A stretch of DNA of 64,000 nt from Octopus sinensis (GCF_006345805.1 NC_043005.1:1860001-1924000), one strand, 5' to 3'. Positions 25,240 through 41,100 are shown, counted from the first letter of the stretch. Numbers and translations: made by a program. Notes: a model not told the origin generated them from the sequence alone.

Positions 25240-27678
25240 TTGAAAATTATCTACGTCCAGTGTATAAATACTGTACGTGGCCTGGTGACACCTTGGAAAC
25301 AAGGCCACCCACTCAACGACCTCAGTTCACTAAGTGCAGATGCAGTGGCTATCGATGAAACCGGACTCTTCGACCGACAAACTCGTGCTTATTTTCCGTG
25401 GATACGAGGTCTATTTATCTCAATATCAACCAGTAATGGAGTGGGGTGGCACTGCGGTGTTGTTCCGGAGAGGTCTGTATCACAAGATAAGGATTATCTT
25501 TCTAGACCCGGAGGATAAGTTGGTGGTATTGGACGGGAACAGTTGGGACGAGGATGCTTTCAGACTGGTATCTGTTTATGCTCCGACAGAAGGACAAGTA
25601 GATTTCTTCAGACCTTTGTAGGTTTTCCTAGGAACGTCTCGACCTTTAGTGTTCGTGGCTTCAGTGCCTACCGCGACAGCACGCTATGACTCTTGGCAAG
25701 TGGGGTGGAGCGTTGCCAAATGTCGATAACAGCTTCGGAAATATGGAATGTGATGTTTGGCTGTACGGGGGTGGGGAATCGCCTGGTTTTGATGGTCTGC
25801 CCTACGAGCTTCACTTTTATATGTCATACTTGTTTGGGCACTGCTGAGAAAGAACCCAAACAAGTGGGATTCAATATAAAATCTTCGGCTCATAACACTG
25901 CTGAACGCAGATTTCAAAATTGTGGCCACAATATTAGAAAAGTGGTTGGCGTTTGTCGAGGGACTGATTGGTGATGCGCAAACATATGCAATCCCCAGCA
26001 GACCGACAACTCCCACCTCATGCGATACATCCGGGACAGGATGGGTAAATAAGCTGGCGTGGGTGAGGCTCTGATCAATTTGGATCAGGCAGCCGGTTTC
26101 GGTCCCATATTCCGTGACTGGATCGCTGCATCGTACGATGACATTTGCTCAGTAGTTCAGGTGAATGATTACTTTACTGATAAATTCGGCATTGTGCACT
26201 CGGTCCGTCATAAGTATCCGCTCTCGTTTCCTCTGTATGTACTGACTCTAGAGTCATTATCACGGAAATTAGAGGAATTGAGCGGCATCCCGCGCGAACT
26301 GGGACATCGTCTGTATACGCAGACGACGTCAGCGTTATAGTGTCGAACACCAGATACGTAGACCTGGTCGGCACTGCTCTCAAAGAATATGACGCGGTGA
26401 CAGGGGCAAAAATTAATCAAGTAATGTCAGTGGGCCTGCAGCTCGGCACCTGAAGAGGCAGGTAGATCCCTGCCGTCCAGTAACGTCATGGGATGCTGGA
26501 CGAAGCGACCGGTTTAATTGCTCGGGGTCTGATTTTGTCCGAACCTCTAGGTGGAGATGAACTGAGGCGGAGGTGATGAATAGGGTGATGAATCTCACCC
26601 AATATTGAGCCGAGAGAAAGCTATCCCTGAAAGGTAGGGCAGCGGTGGCGAATGCTTCCATCGCCTCCGTCATATTTTAGCTCCTGACCATCGTGTCTTG
26701 CCCCAGTTTACTGCTGACCAAACTGGGGCGCATATACTTCCACTTTCTGTGAAAGAGATACATTCTACTGGTTAGATAACTCCATTTGTTATCAACATCT
26801 GCTGAATGGAGGGCTGGGAAGCCGTAGTTGCTGACATACACTGAGGCTGCGACATCTCCAGTGTTTCCTTGACGGTGAGCAGGTGTCATTGCCTTTGGTG
26901 AGACAAGATTTTCAGGAAGAATCTAGATATCGAGGGAAATTAATTAGGTGGTCTTTTCTGGAGGGCTTTCGGGCCGGGGGCTATGGATAATTTCCAGAAA
27001 TCCTTGGCCTGACAGTGTTACTAGGGAGCTCTGCCGGTTCGAGAAAGCTCTACAGGCATGGAAGTGCCGCCAAAAGGACCTGTCTCAGATGTGTGCCAGG
27101 CGACAAAACCGTTCTATATGCGCTCGAACAGTGTCCGGGTAATGCTGACTTGTGGAGCTTTGTCGAACGGTTGTTGATATGTGTAGGATGGATCCAATTA
27201 TGAGCCGAGTCCATCGTGAATATCGCTCCACCATCTTCTTTTGACCGGGAAGGGTAGGCAGTTTTCCTCTAACTGGTGGCTATGGACGAGGCTGAAAGGG
27301 CTGAAGGCAGATACTTTGCTCTTCGGCCAAGCCCTCATCGACTTTTTCAAGTTTCACTTGAAGAGGGAAAGTAAGGGTGGAAAGGGAAGTATTGCCCCAC
27401 TCACCCACCATGTATTTTTGTTGAAAGATGGGTGAATGTGGCGGAGGTTGTGAAGGAGAGAGGCACCGGCTGAGATGTCTCTTGCACTCGCAGGGACCAG
27501 GATACGGGCTCTTTCTTCGTTGTCTCTGCCACTGACTTTTAAGGAATTTCATTGTATTTTGTTGTTAATTGTTTTTGTTTATTTTTATACATGAATTTTG
27601 TGTTAAGTTAAACACGTCCTTTGTGTTGTATTGGCCATTTTTGTTTTGTGTTCGGCCCTTGTGGCAAATAAGCAAAAG
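25240..27678 (+). mobile_element. Old, heavily decayed Tx1-like LINE (copy 3): ORF2 with ~0.8-kb internal deletion, plus 3' UTR
   Basis: APE start is CINTVRGLVTPWKQGHPLND. The sequence jumps from 'EVFLGTSRPL' (~25640) to 'TTCAGTGCCTAC' (the equivalent of 6950). PGFDGLPYE, LKGR and RWVNVA remnants follow, and it ends GCCCTTGTGGCAAATAAGC. The 5' UTR/ORF1 remnants may extend back to ~22770. Confidence 0.85.
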
Positions 27679-30256
<2,578 letters not shown>

Positions 30257-30803
30257 GAGTGAAAGAGCAATTCATGCCATTAAATAAAAGTGGGGTAAAA
30301 GATTCGAAGCCCAATATACCCATCATGACCACTCGTCTGATAAGGGTACACTAGGCACATGCATCACGACCATATGTGCGCGACATGGTGATCTCATATC
30401 AAGAAAAACAGCGCATGACCTTGCAGGTGGGACCCAGTTAGAATTTTCTTCATGTCAAGTAACCCATCCCGCTCAAAAGATCCTTGAATAAGAGTTGTTT
30501 AAGCATGATGAGCAAAACACCCATGTTTCCAAAGGTGAATTATCCAAACCCCAAAGAATCCCTCTCAACACATGGCTATGATGCTCCCCCACTATTTCTG
30601 CTCGTGATCAGAGATGCACATATCGTCAGCCACTAAGGGACATGCTCAACTGGTTAAGGTCAAACAACTGACAAGCAAATCTGTGGTATTGAGCAGAATA
30701 TTTGCTGTAGGCGATCTTTTATACCAAGACAAAATAATGTACGTGATAACACTTCCAATCAGTTAAGATGAGAAGCCACGAGAACCTTGTACTGCATCAG
30801 AGC

Positions 30804-30805
<2 letters not shown>
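30257..30805. repeat. Unclassified ~540-bp interspersed repeat embedded in (TTA)n
   Basis: Collinear and ~85-90% identical by eye to 63342-63875. Both copies are bounded by (TTA)n on both sides. Confidence 0.8.
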
Positions 30806-30879
<74 letters not shown>

Positions 30880-30880
30880 T

Positions 30881-31092
30881 AAGCGGTTTGGTAGCAAAAT
30901 GGTTAGCACGCCGGACAAAATACTTAGTGGCATTTCGTCCGTCTTTCCGTTCTGAGTTCAAATTTCGCCGAGGTCGACTTTGCCTTTCATATTTTTCGGG
31001 TTCGATAAAATAAGTACCCGTGGTACACTGGGGTCGTTATAATCGACTCACACGCCTTCCACAGCATTTCAGGCCTTGTGCTTATAGAGGAA
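30881..31092 (+). mobile_element. tRNA-derived SINE
   Basis: A-box-like TGGTTAGCACG and B-box-like GAGTTCAAATT; the shared body GAGGTCGACTTTGCCTTTCAT...GATAAAATAAGTAC is also at 31109, 34782 and 62979. Confidence 0.75.
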
Positions 31093-31108
31093 ATAACTTT
31101 TAGTTAAA

Positions 31109-31305
31109 GTGGTGAGCTGGCAGAATCGTTGGCACGCACGGCAAAATGCTTAGCTGCGTTTTGTCCTACTTTCTGTTCTGAGTTCAAATTCCATCGAGGT
31201 CGGTTTTCATTCTTTCAGAGTTGAGAAAATAAGTATCAGTTGAGCATTGAAGTCGATGACATTCGCTTCCCCATCCCTGAAAATTGCTGGCCTTGTGCCA
31301 AAATA
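31109..31305 (+). mobile_element. tRNA-derived SINE (same family)
   Basis: GGTGAGCTGGCAGAATCGTT...GAGTTCAAATTCC...GAGGTCG. Confidence 0.75.
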
Positions 31306-32264
31306 GGGAGTACTATGATTGTTGTTTGATTTTTTTCTTTTCTCCCTCTTCCATACAAAATTATATAATTGTAAATCTCTATAAAATCTCTCATCATTGA
31401 CAAATCGCTATCTTTTAGACAACGTGTTAACACTTAATTGTAGGCAAATTCTCGAACCATAAAAGACAATAAATTTCCTTGATTAGGTTCTCTAAGCAAC
31501 ATCAAAAATTGAGTTATCATCCATTTTGCACGCTAATTGCTCAGTAATTAATTCAACCAACTGCAGAGCTGAGCCACTCAACTTAATATTTACTCTTGAA
31601 TTTAGCAGTAGAACGCCTGATGAACAGCAGGAATCTGCGATGGTCAATAAAATTTCTTTAGAATTTATTCTATAAAGGAAATATATTTATACTTTTATAT
31701 GAAATCTAGATCTAAACGTAAGATCGTGCGTTCAGCGACGCATTTAATTAGATGAAGATTGCATGTATATCCATGCAACAAAAGACATTTTCTTGATGGG
31801 ATTGACGATAAATAAAATTCTGATGATGAGAAATGAAACTCTTAGCGTATAGCGGCTTGCAGCATCTGTAACAGTGATGTGAAGTGTTATTGGCGTTTTT
31901 GCTCCTCCTATGTCCAACATTATTAATTGAATCAACAAAAACGTAGGATGTGTGAAGTTGACTCTCTGCTAGACTGATACAGCTTATACAAGTGCAAATA
32001 CACTCGGTAAGGATTTTTGATAACATGGCTGCCAGATGTCTTTAATTAGATCTCTTTACTTTCTCACCTTTACTCATTTCTCTCTCTCTCTTTACTCTCA
32101 GTCTCTTTCTTAGTCTTTCTATTCCTTTTACTCTCCCCCTCTCTCTCTCTCTCTCTCTCGCTCTCTCTCTCTCTAATGCAGTACCATTCCTTGGCAGTGT
32201 GTTACTATGGGATATCTGAGTTCGGAAATCACGTGTGGGATAAGAAATCGTTGCCGAAGTTGTT

Positions 32265-32265
<1 letters not shown>

Positions 32266-32331
<66 letters not shown>

Positions 32332-32369
32332 GTCTGTCTGTCTGACTGTCTGTCTGTCTGTCTGTCTGC

Positions 32370-32447
<78 letters not shown>

Positions 32448-32632
32448 GTGTCTGTCTGTCTGTCTGTGTGTCTGTGGTCTATCCATCCATCCATCTATCT
32501 ATATATGCATATATATATATCTACCTACCTACCTACCTACCTACCTACCTGTCTGTCTGTGTGTCTGTCTGTGTGTCTGTCTGTCTGTGGTCTATCCATC
32601 CAGCCATCCATCTATCTATCTATCTATCTATC
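32266..32632 (+). repeat. Compound (TCTA)n/(TCTG)n/(CCTA)n microsatellite
   Basis: Direct reading. Confidence 0.95.
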
Positions 32633-32710
32633 TCTCCTATATATTCTATTTTCAAAAAATTCTTTCTCCCAGCCTTCACTCTTTTATGGGAGAGCAACTG
32701 TCTTTGAAGA

Positions 32711-32775
32711 CTCATACTGTCGTTGGATGCTCGAAATGAGGAGTAGATAGACAACAGACAACTGATGAAGGGTCC
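32711..32775 (+). ncRNA. Candidate non-circularly permuted hammerhead ribozyme
   Basis: Sequence reads CTCAT A CTGTC gtt GGATGCT C GAA ATGAG ...(16 nt)... GACAA CTGATGA AGGGTCC. Stem III is 5/5, stem I is 4/5 and stem II is 6/7. Confidence 0.6.
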
Positions 32776-32965
32776 TTCTTTCTCTGTGTTTACTTGTCCT
32801 GCTTTTTTCTCTCGTTGTTTACGTATTTAACTCGTTTATTTACGCATTTCATGTTAGTTGTACCGTTGGTGACCTCCTGTACCCATATATGCATATATAT
32901 TACATTATGTATTATTTACTATATATTATTTAATTGAACACGACGCATCCATTTCCAAGTAAGTT

Positions 32966-33049
<84 letters not shown>

Positions 33050-33228
33050 GTATGTATGTAAACACACACAGACACACATATATATGCAGTTAATAGTTAA
33101 TACCAGCATAAGCAGCATTAATACCAAAAGTAACACTTATTCTACTATGACATCTCATGTCTACTATGACAGTATTTTCTGTTCTAACTCAACACCTACT
33201 TTTAAATGTGTGTATGTGTGTGTGTGTG

Positions 33229-33285
<57 letters not shown>

Positions 33286-33399
33286 ACAACTAAGTTGTTT
33301 ATAAATTTAACTTTTAAAGGTATTTTTTAATATGCTGGCCATTGATGGAACTTTTTTCGAAAAATTTTATCCTATATTAGAGATACACACACACACATA

Positions 33400-33800
33400 T
33401 ATACTCTTTTACTTGTTTCAGTCAGTTGACTGCAGCCATGGTGGAGTACCACCTTTAGTATAGCAAATCGACCCCAGGACTTATTCTTTGTAAGCCTAGT
33501 ACTTATTCTATCGGTCTTTCTTGCCGAACCGCTAAGTTACGGGGACGTAAACAGACCAGCATCGGTTGTCAAGCGATGTTGGGGATACAAACAGACAGAC
33601 AGACATACACACACACACACATGAATATACATATATACGATGGGCTTCTTTCAGTTTCCGTCTACCAAATACACACAGACGGCTTTGGTCGGCCCGAGGC
33701 TATAGTAGAAGACACTCTGCCAAGGTGCCACGAAGTGGGACTGAACCCAGAACCATGTGGTTGGTTAGCAAGGTACTTACCACACAGCCACTCCTGCGCT
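33400..33800 (-). mobile_element. tRNA-derived SINE with RTE-like tail (family also at 59348 and 61142)
   Basis: Reverse complement of GGCGCAGGAGTGGCTGTGTGGTAAGTA...GGGTTCAGTCCCACT...GACGGAAACTGAAAGAAGCCC and its tail. Confidence 0.8.
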
Positions 33801-34781
33801 TATATATAACAGTTTTATATAAATCTGCAATTCAGATTTAAGTTAATTTTTTTTCTTGGCATAAGACACTCTTGTAAGATAAAATTGAATGAAACAGATG
33901 TGTGAATAAAGGTCACTTTTTAAAACAATATATTCATCAAATTTTAAGCATTTCTTGACTGAAGAATTTAATCTCTCACATTGAGTCAGGTATCAGCTGC
34001 GATTAACTACTAACAGCAATTCATAAATTAAAATGGCGACTTATAACCTCGCAGGAAACAAATACACAGAAGGGGAATGAAGGTTGGACGTTTTATGCAG
34101 CCATCTTGGACTACAAATGGCCGTTGGTAGTTGGTCGCATGTGGTAGTACTTGGCGATGCACTGTGCTTATTAATTGAATATGTATGTATATACCACACG
34201 CACGCACGGACACTCACTCACACAAATACACACAGGGATATTGCCCAAAAGAAATCTAGTCATATTAGAATATTTATGATTTTATATAATGTTAATAATT
34301 GCTCCAAGACAGGGAAATATACTTACAAAATATTTGGACAGTTTATACTTATTGTTTTTATATATTTGTTACTGTGTTGTTTAGTATTGTTTATAACATT
34401 TCTTTTATATGTTTGTTAGTGTAGAGTGTTGCTGTTTCATTGTAAACCATCGAAAAAAAAAAACGGAAAATAAATCAAATGTTTCTTACTGCTTCACCCT
34501 TTTAAATTCTTATTCCAGCGTTATTGATACATTATGTCTTTCGGCAAAACACTTCATCGCAGTTAGCTGACGACAATTTGTGCTTTATCAAGAAATCAAT
34601 AAAAATAGCAGATCTAGCGAATGGAATCATTATTAAGTAAGAATGTTGAGATCCGAGTAATCGTGTTGTAAATAGAATGTAGTGATAATGTGATATTTTA
34701 ACAATGACTAGTTAATATCACGATATTAAAGCATTATATAACTAATGCTATTGTATAGTATTGTACAGCATGTATTATGAT

Positions 34782-34988
34782 AAGGCGGAGAACTGGCAAA
34801 ACGCCCCGGGCAAAATTCTTAGCGGTATTTTCTCCGCCTTTACGGTCTGAGTTCAAATCCCACCGAGGTCGACTTTGCCTTTCATCTTCTCAGAGTCGAT
34901 AAAATAAGTACCAGTTGTATACTGGGATCAATGTAATTGACTTTCACCCTTCCTCGAAATTGCTGGTCGTGTGCCGAAATTTGAAACC
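34782..34988 (+). mobile_element. tRNA-derived SINE
   Basis: GGCGGAGAACTGGCAAAAC...GAGTTCAAATCCCACCGAGGTCGACTTTGCC. Confidence 0.75.
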
Positions 34989-35137
34989 GATATTATGATA
35001 TGATAATACGATATAGCTAATATTGTGATATCGCAACGTTAGAATATTAAAACAATATAAAGCTAATATGATACAATACTGTGAGGCTAATATTATGAGC
35101 TGTCTAAGAATGATTTAACATAAGCTGTTTAGCATCA

Positions 35138-35183
35138 GATAGTCTGATGATAACGAGTACACTGAAACTTCGAAGTCACTGTC
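35138..35183 (+). ncRNA. Minimal type I hammerhead motif (stem II eroded)
   Basis: Sequence reads GATAGT CTGATGA taacgagtacact GAA ACTTCGAAGT C ACTGTC, with a 6-bp stem I and a perfect 10-nt palindromic stem III. Confidence 0.6.
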
Positions 35184-35515
35184 AACCTTGTCCTTCAATA
35201 TCTACTCTATAAAAAGACATTGAAAAATCCTTCAAATTAATGTTAAATTGTTTATATATATATAATATATATTATAAAAACTAGTGTCAGGTCGCTCTAG
35301 AGTGCAACTGGTAACATGTGACCCAGTAAGACTTGTTGCATGGTCGGGTCGTCGGCGATTAGACTGGGAACCCCACCAGACCTGCTTGGTGAGGAGGGTG
35401 AGTTGGATACCCTGCGGGATAAAAAATAAGACCTGTCAAAGGGCGGAAGAACTCCATGAAGAGTTAACGGCCATCTAACAGAATGTTTGTAAAAAGAAAA
35501 AAAAAAATGTCGGTA

Positions 35516-35558
<43 letters not shown>

Positions 35559-35726
35559 ATATTTTAAATTTTAAATCATAGTTTTACTTTTATGCATATA
35601 TATTATCTTCTATTTCTCAGTGGCATATCTTATCTATATATATATCCTTTTACACTTTATTTTTGTTTTGTTTTTATTTTTATTTTTTTAAGTATATCCT
35701 TGTGTGTGTGTGTGTACGTGTGTGTC

Positions 35727-37545
35727 AGATCAGACTGGTTCTGCTAACAGACTGGTTCTGTTTATGCTGCCTTGTAGACACATACAGGAGTATGAAAGGC
35801 TAAGGGACAAAACCCAAACAGAAAATCCGGAGAGAGGGCCCCTAAGGCAGTTGATCCAAATTATCTTCTGGCAGCCCCTGCAACTTTGCTGGTTCCAAAT
35901 GTATTGACCTTGTCTCTCCTTTGGAGTAAATCAGTGAAGTCGAGAGGGAGATCGTGCAAATTGGGCAAGGCACGTTCTCCATACATTCAGGGCCCAGGCG
36001 CATTTAGTTTAGCCAAGGACTTAGAATTTCTGGGGAGGACAGTTCATCCTTGCTGTAACAGGCAAGGGAAACATCACGGAAGTGGCAGTTTACGGGTTAT
36101 AAGGCATCCTTATTTGGTGAAGCAGGATTTCACCATGGGTCATCTTTGACGATGGGAGTGATTATTCAATCGCACTGGTCAGCTACTGCCCGTCTTAAAC
36201 TGGGCAGTGCCCAGTCAGTAAGGTGCTGATCCACCATGTCCGTTCACTGCTAGGGGTGTACGGAGCTAGGACAAAAACCGAAAAGCAGACGTAAAGCCAA
36301 CCACCTGGCAAAAGAGGAAGAAAATTGAAATTAACCCCATTGGAATTGGGGACCTGGAATGTCAGAACAATGACAACTGAAAGGGACATTACCGAACTGA
36401 ACAAAAGAGAGGACATCAGGAAGTCGGCAATCATTGACAGGGAGCTCACACGGCTGAATGTAGGCATTACTGCCCTGCGAGAGACAAGACTTGCTGACTT
36501 TGGTTCTATTAGGAAAAATATATCACACATTCTTCTGGAAGGGCCTTGGGGAATATGAGGGGAGAATCCATGGTGTGGGACGATGTGGCACTTGTTGCTC
36601 ACAGTGAATTAACTCTACAAATAACGATGGACCACCTGTCATCAGCATGCAAGGCCTTCGGTTTGGTCATCCTCACTCAGGAGGGCGCAGTGAAAAGCCA
36701 CATCTAGCTTGATGACAAAGAGCTTGAGACAGTGGACAGGTTCTGCTATCCAGGGTCTACCGTTCCTCAAGTACTTCACTTGATGATGAGATTAATGTCA
36801 GAATAGGGAAGGCAGCAACAACTTTTCCATACAAGACGAGTATGGAAGAAGAAGAGATTAGACATCAAGACAAAGATCAGGATTTATGAAGCATGTGTTC
36901 TCCGCACACTCCTCTGTGGATCTGAGACATGGACCTTGGACAGCAGACAGGAAAGGTGCCTCGGCATCTTCCATCTCAGATGCCTCCGCAAGGTCTTAGG
37001 CATAACATGGTATGACAAGGTCACCAATGTTGAAGTGCTGGCCCAGGCGAATCTTCAAAGCATGACAGCTATCTTGTGTATGAGAAGACTGAGGTGGCTG
37101 GGGCCTGTCAGGAGAATGGATGACCATCGAATCCTGAAGCAACTGCTCTATGGAGAACTGGCCCAGGGCAAGAGACCAAGGGGAAGACCAAAACTGAGGT
37201 AGATGGACACTTGCAAAACTAGTTTGTCCAAGTGTGAGGTGGATGTCAGCATTTGGGGAAGTGAGGGCTGAGGAGAGAACAACATGGAGGACTGTGGTGA
37301 AGGAAGGAACTGCTTTGTTGGAGATCAGCTACAGAAACAAACAAGTTGAGAAGCGTCGGCAGCGAAAGGAAAACAAGAGAAATGCAGAGCACCGAGCCAG
37401 CCTCTTGGTAGGCAAGTACTGTGACAGAAGCTGTGCTTCAATCATAGGAAGAAGCAGCAAGAAGAGGAGCCCCTGATATGTTCGATTTAAGTGATCTCTA
37501 AGCTAAATTGAGCGTCTGCATAGACGAAAAGGGCCCATTATTATA
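35727..37545 (+). mobile_element. Internally deleted RTE/BovB-like LINE (5' UTR, APE N-terminus, RT C-terminus, 3' end)
   Basis: 36325..36558 gives LGTWNVRTM...RELTRLNVGITALRETRL. From ~36711 come ETVDRFCYPGS, RIGKAATTF and GSETWTL, then LRWLG.VRRMDD.RI.KQLLYGEL..GKRPRGRPKLR. The 5' boundary is approximate. Confidence 0.85.
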
Positions 37546-37572
37546 ACAATTATTTTTATAAACAAACATTAG

Positions 37573-37641
<69 letters not shown>

Positions 37642-37720
37642 ACATATATATCTATATATATATATCTATATATATACATACACACATACACACATATATA
37701 ACATATATATGTAATGCCTA

Positions 37721-37887
37721 GGGGTGTTAAAACCCCTGAAAGTCATAGACAGGCGAGACAACTCGTCCCCTGATCCCATCCAGAAGTGATGGATGCCGAT
37801 ATCTTGCCATTTTCGTGTCTTATCCATCACTCCTGAATGGGATCGGGAGACGAGCCTGTCTATGACTTTCGGGTGTTTTATAACCCA
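37721..37887. repeat. ~165-bp imperfect fold-back (MITE-like)
   Basis: GAAAGTCATAGACAGG pairs with CCTGTCTATGACTTTC, and CTCGTCCCCTGATCCCATCCAGAAGTGATGGAT pairs with ATCCATCACTCCTGAATGGGATCGGGAGACGAG. Confidence 0.85.
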
Positions 37888-39108
37888 GCGTTAAGAGGGA
37901 GTCTTCCCCAAGCTGGTATGTCGCAGCAAATCGGCGAACAAATAAAACATAATTAAATATGTGCTATTGATAATGTGTGTGTGTGTTTGTGCCTGTTTTT
38001 GTTCACCAGCTTGACAATCTGTGTTAGTGTGCTTAAGTCCCTGTAACTTGGTAGTTCGTCAAAAGTGACAGACAGAATAAGTATCAAGCTTTATAAAAGT
38101 ACTGGGGTTGATCCATTCGGCTAAAAATTCTTCAAGGCGGTACCCCAACATGGCAGCAGTCTAATGATTAAAACAAATAAAAAATAAAAAGATATATGTA
38201 TGTATGTATGTGCGTGTGTGTGTTCATGAAAAACTATTACAAACATTACTTCAGGTGTATTTTGTTGATTAAATTTTTCTCTTCGAAAATTGATTTGTTT
38301 TTGAAGATATTAAATATGGGAAAAACTAAAAAAAATATACATTTGCTACATTAAAACGCCAGGAGATATTTCTCTCACTTCAAAGTGTATTGAATTACGC
38401 AGGTAGTTATTGGTGTATTACTTGATTACAGTTCGATTGTACAGAGCTGTTAGAGATTGCAATCCCAACTGCATAAGAGTTCTGGGAACTGTAGGGAGTA
38501 ATGCTGTGTTACCTGATTGCTCCAGCTAACCGGATGTATTCCAAAGACTTTTAGAATAAAGACATAATAAAACCGAAGTGATATGAGTGCTGCGGAAGAT
38601 ATTTATTCTCACTTGTCTGGATTATCGGTGTTAACAAATATTCGCTGGAACACACACACGCACACACACACTTTAATGTCCTAAATGTGTGTCTATTTTT
38701 ATGATTCGAAACCCCGAAATGAAAGGAGTCACGTGGCCACAGATCGGCACCAGGCAGTAATTTGAATGAACAAAGATCTACTTTACCATTAATTTATTAG
38801 CAAAATCTTTTGTTCACACAGCATTGAAGAAAACTAAAGCATTTATTCAAATTAAAAAATATATAAATAGAAATAAAGAATTGAAAGGAATTCTCTAAAC
38901 CAATGTTGCTGACGTCAGCATTAGACTTCCTTTCATTGTGCTGAGAAAATTTTGAAAAGTTTTTTTTCAATATTGCTTTACTTTCATCATTAGTATTGTT
39001 GTTGTTGTTATATTTCTGACAACACTTACCCAACGTGAGTATCATTCCAAATTTTTAGAGGGTGGAATAGCAAAAACTGTATATCTACATACATGCATAC
39101 ATAAATAC

Positions 39109-39175
<67 letters not shown>

Positions 39176-40056
39176 TTGATAGATGTATCTGAATGTGTGT
39201 CTGTGTGTGGAGGTGGGGTAAGTTTCTACCAATGAAAGCGCGATCGTGTCTATATGAGTGGATGTAAAGAAAAATGGCGGACTTTAGCACTGTAAAAAGG
39301 TGACGAAAATTACACACATACACATGCATACACACACACGCATGCACACACAGATACACACACACATGCATAGACACATGAAGAGAGAAAAGAGGTGTTT
39401 GAATCTATGCTTGAAAGAGAGGAGAGAAAGGGAGCAAAGGGAGAGAGAGAGGATGAGTAAAGGAGAGCAATAGATAGATAGATATTAGGGAGGGAGAGAA
39501 AGAGAGTGTACAGTGTTAGACATTAGATTGGGGAAGTAAAGTGAAAATGGTGGAGTCGACGAGAATGAGTGGGCGTGAGAAGGTGGATGATGCGGAATGA
39601 GAGGAGGGAGAGAAATTAATAGTAGAGATGACCAACATTAACCAACACAATGAATGATGTATTCAGAGAAATAGGAGAAAAAAAAAAAATCTAATCTCGT
39701 TTTACGGCATAAATATTCATGACACTTCACCGTTCGTTTCTGTGAAAGAAACAACGGCACAACAAACCTTCAGCGTCACATGACATACCTTTCTACACTT
39801 TCATTTGCAACAACCACATTGCTGGCTTTGTGTGTCTTTTTTGGACGTGTGTGTACACGAGTGTGTGCATGTGTGTGTGGATCCATGTGTGTGTTTCTGC
39901 ATATCTATGTATGTGTGTGCTTTTATGCCATTGTTACTATCATCACTCAAGAGTTTGGTATGTTTTTTTTTGTAAAAGTTCCGCCTCGAATTATCTCTTA
40001 TAACATTATTATTGTTAATATTATTATTGTTGTTGCTATTGTTGTTGTTGGTGTTC

Positions 40057-40117
<61 letters not shown>

Positions 40118-41100
40118 TATTATTATTATTGTTGAGCGATGAATTACGATTTTCTATTGCTCCCTGGATTTTCCATATTCCTCATCGATTCCCACCCAAC
40201 TCATTACTGTATTTTGTTTTGTTACGGCTTTGGTCAGCAACACGTTTCTTTGATGGATTCATTGTCCGGCTCCTGTTGGACTCCATAGTTTCATCTTTAA
40301 TTTTCCAAAGTCCTAATTTAAAAAAAAATATTAAATGACGTTCCTTGTTTATGTAAAAGAGAACAAGATGAAAGAAAATGGAAGCAAGAAGAGATGGAAG
40401 GAGGCACGAAACGATTAGTTCTTGTTCAGCCTCAAAATAATGCGGAAGGAAAAAGCACGCCGTTCTCCATCTCCGACACATTTGAGTAGTTTCTGGCAGA
40501 ATGCCATCTCAACTTCACCTTTACATCAACGCCTGGAATGTTGAAAAGGGCACAGGTGTGAATACTACCTGACCCACGACCACCACCAGCTACAACACCG
40601 CGAACAACATCACTAAAAGCAAATTCCTGCACACAAATTTAGACTTTCGGAACGTTTGCACGGATTTACTAAGTTTAAGAAGTGATCTTACTCAGTTACG
40701 AGTTGTCTTCCTTATATTTAATTATTTAATAATGCATTTATGGGCCACACCACACACCACTACACCCCCACCCCACATCACGCCACCCCGCACAAACTAG
40801 CACTGACCACTTTCCAGCACCTATACCTATTTCTTTATTACCCACCTATACCATCGTCCACACACCTTCACATGCACACACACATGTCAATGTCACCAGC
40901 CCCCTTCCACACGAACGCACACGCACATACACGCTCTCAAATACATACGCACGCGCACCTTCATTTTGGGATCACCACAACTTTATTATCCCCTCTTCTT
41001 CCTAGCTCTCCTGTGTGACCCCTCTGTCCGGCATTCGCCATGATAGATCGCTAGCCACTATACCTTTTTCTGTTTTCTCTCCCTGTTTATTTGTGTGTTC

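Noticed and set aside
40432-40632. GC-richer 66-aa minus ORF after a possible acceptor (TGTGTGCAG|GAA), a possible host exon
   Set aside because: There is no recognisable domain, the splice signals are weak and no partner exons are evident. RNA-seq or homology evidence would be needed.
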